Source: an uncultured bacterium
Lineage (GTDB): Bacteria > Aquificota > Aquificia > Desulfurobacteriales > Desulfurobacteriaceae
Direction of reading: 5' to 3'
DNA: 49,053 nt
Assembly: GCA_964545225.1 (NCBI GenBank)
Contig: CAZJFY010000001.1
Location: 1-49,053, forward strand
Positions 8,381-17,080 of this stretch are shown here, piece by piece. The position numbers were made by a program, and so were the translations under genes. Each line of letters begins with the position of its first letter. The stretch's first letter is position 1. The notes beneath the pieces are model-generated. The model saw only the letters and a program-made list of their open reading frames with translations. It was not told the origin of the DNA and ran no database searches.

Positions 8381-10153
8381 ATGATAGCTACACGGAGTGA
8401 TTTTGTAGTGATTGATGGTATCTATTGGTTGACTTATAAAGCCACTTTTGATGTTTCTAGGAATTTGCCGGTTAAAGTGCGTGGATGCGACCAAGAAGAA
8501 ACGCAGGTTTTCCCTATTGCTATTAATGGAAAGGAGTTTGTTTCCAGTGTTGAACTAAGAAACGCACACTGGTCATGGAGGAATAGTTGGGGTCTGTATG
8601 ATATTGTGGATATATTTTTACCTGTTTTTACGCCCCTACCTTCTCCTATGGGCAATAGATATCTTTGTGGTCTTAAAAGTAGTGATGAGTGTGTTCTATT
8701 AAGAAGTAGTGTATATAACAGAACAAGGCGAGAGATTAATTATGTTAGTAATTTACATACCCGTGATGATCAGATTTTTATAGACACTTCCAATGATTGG
8801 GGGCTTGTCTTAACACCCTATCATACTACTAGCGGATCCACCCTTATGAAAGGCGGAATGATAGGGGTGCTCGAATATCAGAATGGAGAATACTCGGTTA
8901 GATACTATGGGGAGGGCGGAGGACATTATATTTTCACCCATAATGTTGTTTTTTTACCTCCTGATAGATTTTTGTGTGCTATGTCTGATTGGACGCGGCA
9001 GGATCCCTGGAAGTTTATATTTAGGTTAACTGCTTACGATCGGTCCTTTAATGTATATGGTAGTCCTGTTTGGACGAGTTTTACTGGTAAGATAACTTAT
9101 ACAATAGGTTCGTATGCTTCACGTTTTTGTGAGTTTGGTCTTCAGTTTTGTGGTTGTCCTTATGATGGCGAAGAAGTTCTATGTTATGATAAACATAGAG
9201 GTTCGTTTTTTGTGGTTTCCCGGTTTAATGTGGATGGTGATGCTGTTCAGATTGTTCCTTATTATCATCCTTCTTTTTTTGATTTCTGTACCTACTTCAG
9301 CTGCCAAAGGCCTAGGTGGAGACATACAGAATATTACTACTTTATTCTTCCTTTTAGATTTTTAATGTTTTTTGATTGGTTTGAGGATGTTCCAGTTTTA
9401 TTTTTCTTTTCTTTTGTTCCTAGTGTTGTTAATAGAACGAGTTCACTGTTATTATTCTCTATCTGGTATAAACATAGAGGGGAAGAAGTAAGTCATCTGT
9501 TAGGTGTTTGTAGTTCTTCCTGGAGCTCTGATAGATATTTCAATAACCCGACTTTTTTATTAGTGTATTTATTTGATCGCGCTCAGAGGCAGCTTACTCT
9601 ACTTGATTCTATTATGACTCTCGGCACTTCTAAATTTCTTACGGCTTTTCTAAGAATAGAAACTGGTAGATACCTGGCTTCGTTCTATGATTACTCTCGT
9701 CATAAAACTATAATTGAGGAAATTACCTTTGATCCTGGTGAGGGTAAGCTACACAGAAGACCTTTGTTTGAAGTTAACGAGTATCCAGTGGGTTATCTTG
9801 CAGTAGCTAATGTTGGAGGAAGAGAAAAGATTCTGTATCAGATAGATCATAACCATCCTTTGGTTGTATTAGGCGAAGGCACTACTTCGTTTTTGAATAT
9901 AAACTTAGTTCCTGCCCATTCACCAACATTCCCGTTTAATGCGGTTTTAAAAGTTTCTGCCTTAGATGCCTTCGGAAATAGATCGTTTGCTAGAGTGTTG
10001 CTGAGATGTGAAACATCTAATATTAAGTTTGCCGATGGGTTTACTCAAAAGGTAGTAACGATATATCCGAATGAGGACTTAGAAATACCAGTGATTGTAT
10101 CATCTCCCGGTAAAACAGTTGTTACTGGTAGGATTCTGGAGGCCTTGCTGTGA
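8381..10153 (+). CDS. Large protein with C-terminal Ig-like domain, paralog D, carrying a Phe-rich hydrophobic insert
   Basis: ATG 8381 lies 6 nt after GCGGGG (the track start is TTG 8375). C-terminus 'ALDAFGNRSFARVLLRCETSNIKFADGFTQKVVTIYPNEDLEIPVIVSSPGKTVVTG'. Confidence 0.75.
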   Translation: MIATRSDFVVIDGIYWLTYKATFDVSRNLPVKVRGCDQEETQVFPIAINGKEFVSSVELRNAHWSWRNSWGLYDIVDIFLPVFTPLPSPMGNRYLCGLKSSDECVLLRSSVYNRTRREINYVSNLHTRDDQIFIDTSNDWGLVLTPYHTTSGSTLMKGGMIGVLEYQNGEYSVRYYGEGGGHYIFTHNVVFLPPDRFLCAMSDWTRQDPWKFIFRLTAYDRSFNVYGSPVWTSFTGKITYTIGSYASRFCEFGLQFCGCPYDGEEVLCYDKHRGSFFVVSRFNVDGDAVQIVPYYHPSFFDFCTYFSCQRPRWRHTEYYYFILPFRFLMFFDWFEDVPVLFFFSFVPSVVNRTSSLLLFSIWYKHRGEEVSHLLGVCSSSWSSDRYFNNPTFLLVYLFDRAQRQLTLLDSIMTLGTSKFLTAFLRIETGRYLASFYDYSRHKTIIEEITFDPGEGKLHRRPLFEVNEYPVGYLAVANVGGREKILYQIDHNHPLVVLGEGTTSFLNINLVPAHSPTFPFNAVLKVSALDAFGNRSFARVLLRCETSNIKFADGFTQKVVTIYPNEDLEIPVIVSSPGKTVVTGRILEALL

Positions 10154-11958
10154 TACTCAAGGGTTATTCTGTTAAGAGCCGGCTTTTTAGAGACGGGCAT
10201 AATCTAAGAACCGCAGGTAGAGATAGGTACGATACTAAGTGCGTTTCGTTCCCGGCTTATCCGTCTGACTGTTTGGTTGATTTAGTGCTCCCTGATTCAC
10301 CTTTATTTCATCCATCTTATTTGCCCGGAACTGTGGTGTTAGATGATGTTAGTAAACATGTTTGGGTGGTTGGTCATCCTTACATTTTTAAAGTAACTGT
10401 TGAGCCTAAAGAAGGATTTGAGGAGCATGATAGATTTTTGCTTATAGATTTATTTAAGGAAGTTTTGGCTTGGACGAGCAATGTTCCAAATGTCCCTGGT
10501 TTTTATAGACAATCTCAAATTAGGGTTTTATTATGCCTTTTTTCTAGGCTAGTTCCAGTAAAGCAAGACGGAACTCCATTGAGATATTGTTTTGCCGATC
10601 TTTTTGGAAGGATTTTTTATCCAGAACAAGATTACCCTAAGCTTGTTAGGAGTATTTATGTTGAAATCCCTAATGATGTGTCTTTTCCTTTTTCTTTTTA
10701 TCTCCAATTAAAACCTTCTGATTTAGAGGTTAGCTACATCAACAAGCAAGAGTTTATTTTTTTTAACGAAGATTTTGATTATTCATCTGTCGACGAGTTT
10801 GCTCAGAACTGGGATGTCCTATCAGGAGATATTAATGTTGAAGATTCCTGCGTTGTTTCTCTTACGGCGAACACCTCGATTAGAACGAAGGAAGTTATAG
10901 GAGAGTTTTCTGTTACTGAAGGACATGGCGTTTTAATAGATGTTGAGGCCAAAAACACTGATTGGCCTAGTGATCTTTCCGTGGATTACGGTCCTGGCAG
11001 ACTTAGGTTTCGGTTTAGTGGGGACATGGTTTTTAGCTACAAAGTGGAAAGAGGCTTTAGTGGAGGATACGCACCCTATTCGTTTAATTGTAAACATCCT
11101 AGATATGGCTTACCCCAGAAAGCAGTGTTTTGTAGAACTTTTATTGGAATACTAGATTGCTATGATGGCACTGGCTCCCGTGAGCCTCCTTTTGGTTACA
11201 TAGAGGGTTATTACAACGAGGATAGATTTTTCCCCGCAATGCGGTGTAGCACTAAGGCTTATGGATATCCTTGTAGCGAGGGATTGCGGAATTGGTTCTA
11301 TTTTATAACTAACCATCCTAATACTCCTTATGGTCCTTCTCGGCTTTTGCTTTGGATTAATGGGGCTGCAAAGATCGATAGGATCACAGTGTATAAAGTA
11401 ATGATGGGGCACGGGTTAAGCTATTCGTTTGAATTTAACGAAGATGTTTTTAGGACCGTTTTGTCTCATTTATCTTTGCTTTATAGAAACGAACATACTG
11501 TTTCTTATGTCACTGTAAGCAAAGAAAGTGAAGACGAGGGTGGAACTGAAGAAGAGAGCAAATGGGATAAGATTATGCCAAAACCTTTTAATTTTCCGAA
11601 CAAGTGGTTTGAAAAGAGGGATGTTACTTTTTCGTCTTGTGTGGTAGTCAAATCTAGCTCTGATGAGATGTTGAGGTATACTGCTGATAGGGAACAAATA
11701 ATTGTTGAACATAGGGGCAGGGATAGTATAGAACTTTCTTATGTTGTTACACCTGGTAAATTCTACTCATTTGTTTTTAAGTGTGCCTTCTTATCAATAG
11801 TTTCTGCACCTAAGAATTTTAAAGTGGTTAATGGGAACAAACTTGAGGGATGGTTTGTTTATAACGAGCCAACTACGGTTGAATTAATTGACGAAAACGG
11901 GTGTAGATATGTTTTAAATTTGATTCCAGAGAGATTTGTTCCTTTTGTTTCTTCTTAG
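10150..11958 (+). CDS. Hypothetical large protein (602 aa)
   Basis: GTG start overlaps the upstream TGA (GTGA), with CTGGAGG 7 nt upstream. Last gene before the strand switch. Confidence 0.7.
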   Translation: MILKGYSVKSRLFRDGHNLRTAGRDRYDTKCVSFPAYPSDCLVDLVLPDSPLFHPSYLPGTVVLDDVSKHVWVVGHPYIFKVTVEPKEGFEEHDRFLLIDLFKEVLAWTSNVPNVPGFYRQSQIRVLLCLFSRLVPVKQDGTPLRYCFADLFGRIFYPEQDYPKLVRSIYVEIPNDVSFPFSFYLQLKPSDLEVSYINKQEFIFFNEDFDYSSVDEFAQNWDVLSGDINVEDSCVVSLTANTSIRTKEVIGEFSVTEGHGVLIDVEAKNTDWPSDLSVDYGPGRLRFRFSGDMVFSYKVERGFSGGYAPYSFNCKHPRYGLPQKAVFCRTFIGILDCYDGTGSREPPFGYIEGYYNEDRFFPAMRCSTKAYGYPCSEGLRNWFYFITNHPNTPYGPSRLLLWINGAAKIDRITVYKVMMGHGLSYSFEFNEDVFRTVLSHLSLLYRNEHTVSYVTVSKESEDEGGTEEESKWDKIMPKPFNFPNKWFEKRDVTFSSCVVVKSSSDEMLRYTADREQIIVEHRGRDSIELSYVVTPGKFYSFVFKCAFLSIVSAPKNFKVVNGNKLEGWFVYNEPTTVELIDENGCRYVLNLIPERFVPFVSS

Positions 11959-11988
11959 TTAGTGCCAGTCTTGTTCGCTTGGCACTAA
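11959..11988. terminator. Hairpin at a convergent gene junction (possible bidirectional terminator)
   Basis: Perfect 9-bp arms TTAGTGCCA / TGGCACTAA with a 12-nt loop, starting right after the plus-strand stop. No T-tract on either side. Confidence 0.3.
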
Positions 11989-12291
11989 GACTACCCCGTA
12001 TCTTGCAAGCATGGTTATCAAGTCTAGTTCGGGTGTTTTCAGCTTGTAATCTAGGTCATGTATGGGATCTCTAATCCAAATTTTTTCTTCCTTTTCTTCA
12101 ATTTTAAACCCGTTGTCCACTAAGAACTCTATTAATGCTTGTTTAAATTTAGGAGAAGGCGCAAATTGTCTGGGGGCAACTCTTATTGTTATAGACCTGC
12201 CGTAGTCATCAACCTCGCCCCAAAAAGTAAATCCTTCGATAGTTTCTTTAGTTAGTGGCGATACCTTCTTCTTGCGCCACAACCCTAACAT
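11959..12291 (-). CDS. Hypothetical protein (110 aa), reverse-oriented insert
   Basis: GGGAGGG SD before the ATG (minus strand). Own TGTTATAAT promoter at 12315-12323 (minus). Confidence 0.7.
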   Translation of the reverse strand: MLGLWRKKKVSPLTKETIEGFTFWGEVDDYGRSITIRVAPRQFAPSPKFKQALIEFLVDNGFKIEEKEEKIWIRDPIHDLDYKLKTPELDLITMLARYGVVLVPSEQDWH

Positions 12292-12314
12292 TTCTACCCT
12301 CCCTTTCGGATTAA

Positions 12315-12323
12315 ATTATAACA
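12315..12323 (-). promoter_or_regulatory. Extended -10 promoter TGTTATAAT (minus strand)
   Basis: The reverse complement of attataaca is TGTTATAAT. Lies 24 nt upstream of the minus-strand ATG at 12291, back-to-back with the plus promoter. Confidence 0.55.
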
Positions 12324-12338
12324 CACTTTGTTCTTAGG

Positions 12339-12349
12339 TTTGTTATAAT
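12339..12349 (+). promoter_or_regulatory. Extended -10 promoter TTTGTTATAAT
   Basis: The TGnTATAAT consensus is exact. Intergenic, 23 nt upstream of GTG 12372. The same 11-mer occurs at three other gene boundaries. Confidence 0.6.
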
Positions 12350-12371
12350 TTCTTTTGGACGGGAGGTAGTT

Positions 12372-12719
12372 GTGATTGAGTTAGGTTCTTGGAGCTTATG
12401 TAGAACATTTAGTTTGTTTGAGGATACTGTTAGCTTTTCTGACGACTCAGAGTTTAGGGAGATTTATGACATAGCGGCTCGCATTCCTGCCGGAACATAT
12501 CCTTTTAACACTTTGTTCACGCTAAAGAATCAAAGTTCTCAGGAAAGCTTTTTTCAGTTTAAGGATGCAAACGATGTTTTGTATGCTGACATAGTTATTG
12601 AAGCAGGGAAGACTGGCGTTATTAGTTTTCCTCCTATGAAAAGCATAAAGGTGTTGCATAAAGGTGGCGCTGGTAAAATAACATTGACGGCGTTCTTGGG
12701 CAGCTTAGAGCCTGGTTAG
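12372..12719 (+). CDS. Hypothetical small beta-rich protein (115 aa)
   Basis: GTG start 5 nt after GGGAGG (12361-12366). First gene downstream of the promoter at 12339-12349. Confidence 0.65.
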   Translation: MIELGSWSLCRTFSLFEDTVSFSDDSEFREIYDIAARIPAGTYPFNTLFTLKNQSSQESFFQFKDANDVLYADIVIEAGKTGVISFPPMKSIKVLHKGGAGKITLTAFLGSLEPG

Positions 12720-12738
12720 GTCAAGGAGGAGGCAATAA

Positions 12739-14523
12739 ATGGAGCTTCAGAAGTGCAAAGCTGTGGCTACTGCTTTTTTAAATACTAGGTTCAAGCTTGG
12801 CGAAGCAGTTAATTATGATAGCTCTGCGGAGATTAATAGATTTTGGTCAGCTCTTGTTTCTTGCGTTCAATCGGTTTATCCCGAAGATAAAAGAATTATC
12901 TCAGATAACGAGATTGTTGTTAAATTTGCCGATTACTTTTCTGTTTCATTTTTTAGAAATAACGAAGGAGTGTTTTATAAAGTAAGACACCCGTTTATGA
13001 TTTCTACCGTTCCAGCATCCCTAATTAAGGGAGAATCTTCTCAGATTTTGTGTCCAAACATATCTGTATCTGATACCTTTGATACAATATGTTTGTGGTT
13101 TGATTACCCATTTTTCGCAAAGGCATGGGAGGACGATAATTTTTATAGGTTTTTAGCGATACTACTCTATCTTGGCAGGACCGTTCCTCTTTCTTACAAT
13201 CCTTCCTCGAATTCGTCTGAAGCTAGTTTAACTAACGCTGCTATTCCTGTTGACGAAATTCCTAATGAGATTTCCGGACATTCTATATCTTTTCCTCAAA
13301 ATGTGGCCTATTTCGTTGTAGATTATCAGGCGAGAATTCAGCTGGAAGGGGATTTCTTAAGGAATTACAGGGTTGACTTTAATTTTAAGAATACTGTCTC
13401 ATTTTACGATAATGGTATTGTTGTTGAGCCGATTATTTCTCTTTTATCAACAACTGGTTCTGCTGTTGTGCCTTACCACTTGCTCGACTTTTCGCTGACT
13501 GTTAGATCGTATAATGCTGATGATGACTTAATAGGAACAGGACACATACATTTGTACGCCCCTGAAGCGTCAGCGGGGTCGTCGGCGTTAACTATGGGTT
13601 CGAGCCTTTCTCGAAGATTTCATAGATTTATAGTTAAGATGGTTGAAGACGAAACGGTAGCTAGATTAACTGAATTGGCCTCTGACAATCAACCTTCTTT
13701 TTCCTATTCGGGAGCACTTGATGTAGAAGTTGGAGATGTTGTTGTAGTGTTCAACATGGATAATTACGCTTACAGAACTGTCGTCCAAATAGACGATAAT
13801 ACCATAACGCTTGATTCAGACATACCTTTTGACTTGGATAGTGAACAAGTGTTTATAAGCAATACTGTCCCGTTAGGATTTTTCGCGGATTTTGGTGTAA
13901 AAGATTATAAGTCGGATAGATTTAACTCTGTGCCAATAAAATTTACCAGGGCTGATTATACCGATTTCTTTGATCAAGGTAGCTCCCATACACTTTCGTC
14001 TAAGTATTTCGTTGTCGGTTTCAAGTTAAGAATAGACACCCATTTCTTTCTGCCTTCCGTTTATGCTTTTGCTTCTACTTCTAGCGAGCGTTCCGTTGCA
14101 GAGTTTTTGGCTAGCGTTTTACAGCGGTCTTCTCAACCGTTTCCTGATGATGCTAGGGTAAATATCGCACTCCCTAAGATACCTGTGGCAGATGGAGAAC
14201 TTGATAGTTCTTTCTTGCAAACAATTAAATTCCTCAAGCCCTCCAATGTACTGCCTTCTGATTACTTACGGAATACAGCCATTCCCCTTACTTTAGTACA
14301 GGAAAACCAAGAAGGAAAGTTTGATTTTATTGGCTTTGTTCCCATGATTGCAGCTTTTTCTATGAAGCCCTTTTTTTCTTCTAAAGGGTTTGTAAACAAT
14401 TCTCCTTTACGAAATGATAGTGCTAGTGCATTTGTTGTTGAGGAAATAGAAGCAAATCAAGATTTGTATCTCTATAAAGTAGGGCCACTTGTACATTCTA
14501 ATAAAGGTTTTCTAGCGGGGTAA
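12739..14523 (+). CDS. Hypothetical large protein (594 aa)
   Basis: AAGGAGGAGG SD. Sits upstream of the fibre-like genes. A baseplate-like role is only positional speculation. Confidence 0.75.
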   Translation: MELQKCKAVATAFLNTRFKLGEAVNYDSSAEINRFWSALVSCVQSVYPEDKRIISDNEIVVKFADYFSVSFFRNNEGVFYKVRHPFMISTVPASLIKGESSQILCPNISVSDTFDTICLWFDYPFFAKAWEDDNFYRFLAILLYLGRTVPLSYNPSSNSSEASLTNAAIPVDEIPNEISGHSISFPQNVAYFVVDYQARIQLEGDFLRNYRVDFNFKNTVSFYDNGIVVEPIISLLSTTGSAVVPYHLLDFSLTVRSYNADDDLIGTGHIHLYAPEASAGSSALTMGSSLSRRFHRFIVKMVEDETVARLTELASDNQPSFSYSGALDVEVGDVVVVFNMDNYAYRTVVQIDDNTITLDSDIPFDLDSEQVFISNTVPLGFFADFGVKDYKSDRFNSVPIKFTRADYTDFFDQGSSHTLSSKYFVVGFKLRIDTHFFLPSVYAFASTSSERSVAEFLASVLQRSSQPFPDDARVNIALPKIPVADGELDSSFLQTIKFLKPSNVLPSDYLRNTAIPLTLVQENQEGKFDFIGFVPMIAAFSMKPFFSSKGFVNNSPLRNDSASAFVVEEIEANQDLYLYKVGPLVHSNKGFLAG

Positions 14524-14526
14524 AAC

Positions 14527-16263
14527 ATGAGAGAGCTACTGGGGCAGTATAGCGTGGTTTGGGACGGTGAGATTACTTGGTCACTGGAAAATAACCAAAT
14601 ATCTTTTCCTGACACAACTTCAGATGTTAACAATCATTACAATGCTATTAAAAACATGCTTTATGAGATATACGGCGACACAGTTTCTGAGACTTCAGGA
14701 GATGATTATGAAGAGGTTGTATTTAGATACAGTGATGAAGGTTCTACTTATAGGTTTAGAAAAGATGGAAAAGGACTAACTTTTATTATAGAGCAGCCTT
14801 TTTATCACCCTCAGGTCCAAAAGTTTTCGAAAAGAGAATACTTGCTGGTTCCTTTATTTAGGGGAGAAACATTGTCGTTGTCATCTTTAGTCATCCCTGC
14901 GGAGTTTTCTGTACAGGGCAGTAGTGATATTGTGTGTTACAGATATAAAGAATCGGAATATTACTACTACATTTCTGGTTGGCCCAGCACTGCTCATATT
15001 GAACCGGATGTTCTATCTAGCAACTGGTACGCGCTTCCTGGTTTGCGTGGTGAAATAAGATGCTCTCATGGAATGACTCATGTTGAGGACATTTCTTTTT
15101 GGATTAGATTCAGCCCCAGTTTATTGCTTTGGAAAATCTTACTTAGAGTATCTTCTGCTTTTTCGTTTTTTGATGAGCTGCTAATTATGTCTTATAGCAG
15201 GTCCGGCACCAATAGGATAGAATCTCGGACCACCCTTACTTTTATAGAAACTTATGCTAGCAGATTTGAGGAAATAGATAGATACAATTCTTGTTACTTT
15301 ACAAAAGAAGATGTATCTTGCGTTTCTGTGGCATCGGCCAATTTAGACATACTCGAACTTGATGGTAATCTTGATTTATTAAAGCCTTACGCTAGAGCTA
15401 GAATAGTCCAGCTTGCATCTTCTATTCTTCCGAAATATTTGGTGGAGACAGAACATGATCTAGCAGAATTTGTTGGCCAGATTGGTTTTGTCCTTGACAA
15501 AAAGACATCAAGATACAATGTGATATCTTTAGTCAATGTTGAGCAAGAAGATGATCAAATATTTATTCAATTAGACAACTTTTTAGATTTTCCTATTACC
15601 GATGAAACCTACCTGGTTATGGGTGTAATGCCCGATTTCACTGCTAGGGTGTCACAAAAAAACTTTTACCAGGAGTCTCCAAATTGGTTTTATTTTGGCC
15701 AGGAAGGAGAAGACTTATGTTTCTGGAGAAATTATATTTCCCACATTACTTTTGGCTTTACTTTTATCGCCAAGCCTAGTGTAATGTTTGAGCAAACCAT
15801 TACCCAGGATGGAGATAGTATTGATACACTTTTCCCTGCCTTGAAGATGTTTTTCGTCGGAGCAGATAGCTATCCTAATAAAGTTATTTTGCCTCTTCCT
15901 CTTGTGCCCGTATCTCAACGGGATTTTGCTAGTCAGCCTCCGGGTACTAGTTTCTTGAGCTATGACGCCATTGATGATCTTGGTAAGGTTGGTATGCTCA
16001 AACCCACTTTGTTGGCGTATCCCCATCCTTCTGGGAATGGTAACATTATTCCAGCTCAACTTCCTAATTATTATGCGCTTAAAATTAGAGATAAGATTGG
16101 ATACGCTCCTTCGAAAATCTTCATTATGGACAAACCCGCTATGGCTACCAGCAAGGGGGCTTATATAGCCTCGTGGACGGATAGACAAGGCCCTTATGAT
16201 GTTTACATTGTTCTCGGTAAAGTTAAAAAATCTCCTAAACCCTTCAAGCTAGTTTCGTTTTAA
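14527..16263 (+). CDS. Hypothetical large protein (578 aa)
   Basis: ATG lies 3 nt after the upstream stop, with GCGGGG upstream. Confidence 0.75.
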   Translation: MRELLGQYSVVWDGEITWSLENNQISFPDTTSDVNNHYNAIKNMLYEIYGDTVSETSGDDYEEVVFRYSDEGSTYRFRKDGKGLTFIIEQPFYHPQVQKFSKREYLLVPLFRGETLSLSSLVIPAEFSVQGSSDIVCYRYKESEYYYYISGWPSTAHIEPDVLSSNWYALPGLRGEIRCSHGMTHVEDISFWIRFSPSLLLWKILLRVSSAFSFFDELLIMSYSRSGTNRIESRTTLTFIETYASRFEEIDRYNSCYFTKEDVSCVSVASANLDILELDGNLDLLKPYARARIVQLASSILPKYLVETEHDLAEFVGQIGFVLDKKTSRYNVISLVNVEQEDDQIFIQLDNFLDFPITDETYLVMGVMPDFTARVSQKNFYQESPNWFYFGQEGEDLCFWRNYISHITFGFTFIAKPSVMFEQTITQDGDSIDTLFPALKMFFVGADSYPNKVILPLPLVPVSQRDFASQPPGTSFLSYDAIDDLGKVGMLKPTLLAYPHPSGNGNIIPAQLPNYYALKIRDKIGYAPSKIFIMDKPAMATSKGAYIASWTDRQGPYDVYIVLGKVKKSPKPFKLVSF

Positions 16264-16272
16264 TGGTGCGGT

Positions 16273-17073
16273 ATGATTGAAACAGTTGTGGCTCATGTTA
16301 CAAAAGCAGGATACGATTTAATAGCTAGAAAGTTGGGCGGCGAAATAGAGGAGCTTAGGATAACATCAGTTGCTTTTGGAGGAGGACTTAGCCCTCGCTC
16401 TTTGGCTCCGTATAAGCCTTCAATATACGACACCTCGATTCCTAATGAGCTTTTTAGGGTTGAGGGTGATAAGATTCAAACTTTGTATGATCCTGAAGAT
16501 GGTTTAATGGTTGTAAGGGTAACTGTTGATAGAGAGCTTGCTGGAAATTATTATTTGAATGCTGTTGGTATTTATGCCAACGAAACCACTCTTTTTGCGT
16601 CTAATTCTCTTGCTCTTTTGAAAGTTGATTATGGTTCAGAGCTTGTTTTACATATCAAAATACCTTTTTTGCCCGATACTGCGTATCAGGTAATTGATGT
16701 AACACCCCCCTCTCCAGAGTCGTCGGTTTTTTGCTTAGAGACCTTTAGAGATGTTAGGACTAGTCAGCTTGTACCGGCAGGTTATTCCGGCCTAATTTAC
16801 GAAATTCAACTTTCGCAACCAGCTGTTCACTGTTACTTCACATTAGAGGTGGGGAGTGTTGTTCCTTTGGTAATAGATCATATATCAATATCCCTTGAAA
16901 CTTCGCAGTATGGTAGTGTGGTTCTGTTTAGCGATATTACTTTAGATATTTCAACCAATCCCAAGCTTTCTGTTAAAATTCCTCAGCCCTTCAGGAAGCT
17001 TGAGGTTTATAATAAACCATCTCAATCTGATGTTGTTTTTTCTGTAAATGTTACAGGTGTTAAGCTGAGGTAA
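16273..17073 (+). CDS. Fibre protein with tail-collar fibre (P2 gpH N-terminal, DUF3751-like) domain
   Basis: The N-terminus 'VVAHVTKAGYDLIARKLGGEIEELRITSVAFGGG...IPNELFRV...VRVTVDRELAGNYYLNAVGIYANETTLFA' follows the gpH pattern T-x-AG..L.A...(I)T..A.G.G ... E..R ... V(I)..E..G ... GLY..(G)TL.A. Confidence 0.6.
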   Translation: MIETVVAHVTKAGYDLIARKLGGEIEELRITSVAFGGGLSPRSLAPYKPSIYDTSIPNELFRVEGDKIQTLYDPEDGLMVVRVTVDRELAGNYYLNAVGIYANETTLFASNSLALLKVDYGSELVLHIKIPFLPDTAYQVIDVTPPSPESSVFCLETFRDVRTSQLVPAGYSGLIYEIQLSQPAVHCYFTLEVGSVVPLVIDHISISLETSQYGSVVLFSDITLDISTNPKLSVKIPQPFRKLEVYNKPSQSDVVFSVNVTGVKLR

Positions 17074-17080
17074 TTTAGTT

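Noticed and set aside
9114-9365. 83-aa hydrophobic alternative-frame ORF inside paralog D as a sign of a frameshifted pseudogene
   Set aside because: The main frame stays open through the T-rich region and regains the family C-terminal Ig-like domain. No stop or frame break is visible.
13585-13605. tRNA-like T-loop string GGGTTCGAGCC
   Set aside because: The flanks do not form a T-stem or acceptor stem, and the string lies inside a well-supported long ORF.
15715-16188. Antisense or alternative-frame ORFs of 60-157 aa throughout the track (for example 1823-2185, 15715-16188, 27780-28190, 28561-28959, 30438-30806, 37796-38149, 40055-40459, 47393-47713)
   Set aside because: Each lies fully inside a longer ORF that has an SD, start-stop coupling or family motifs. 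None has an SD of its own. They are shadow ORFs.
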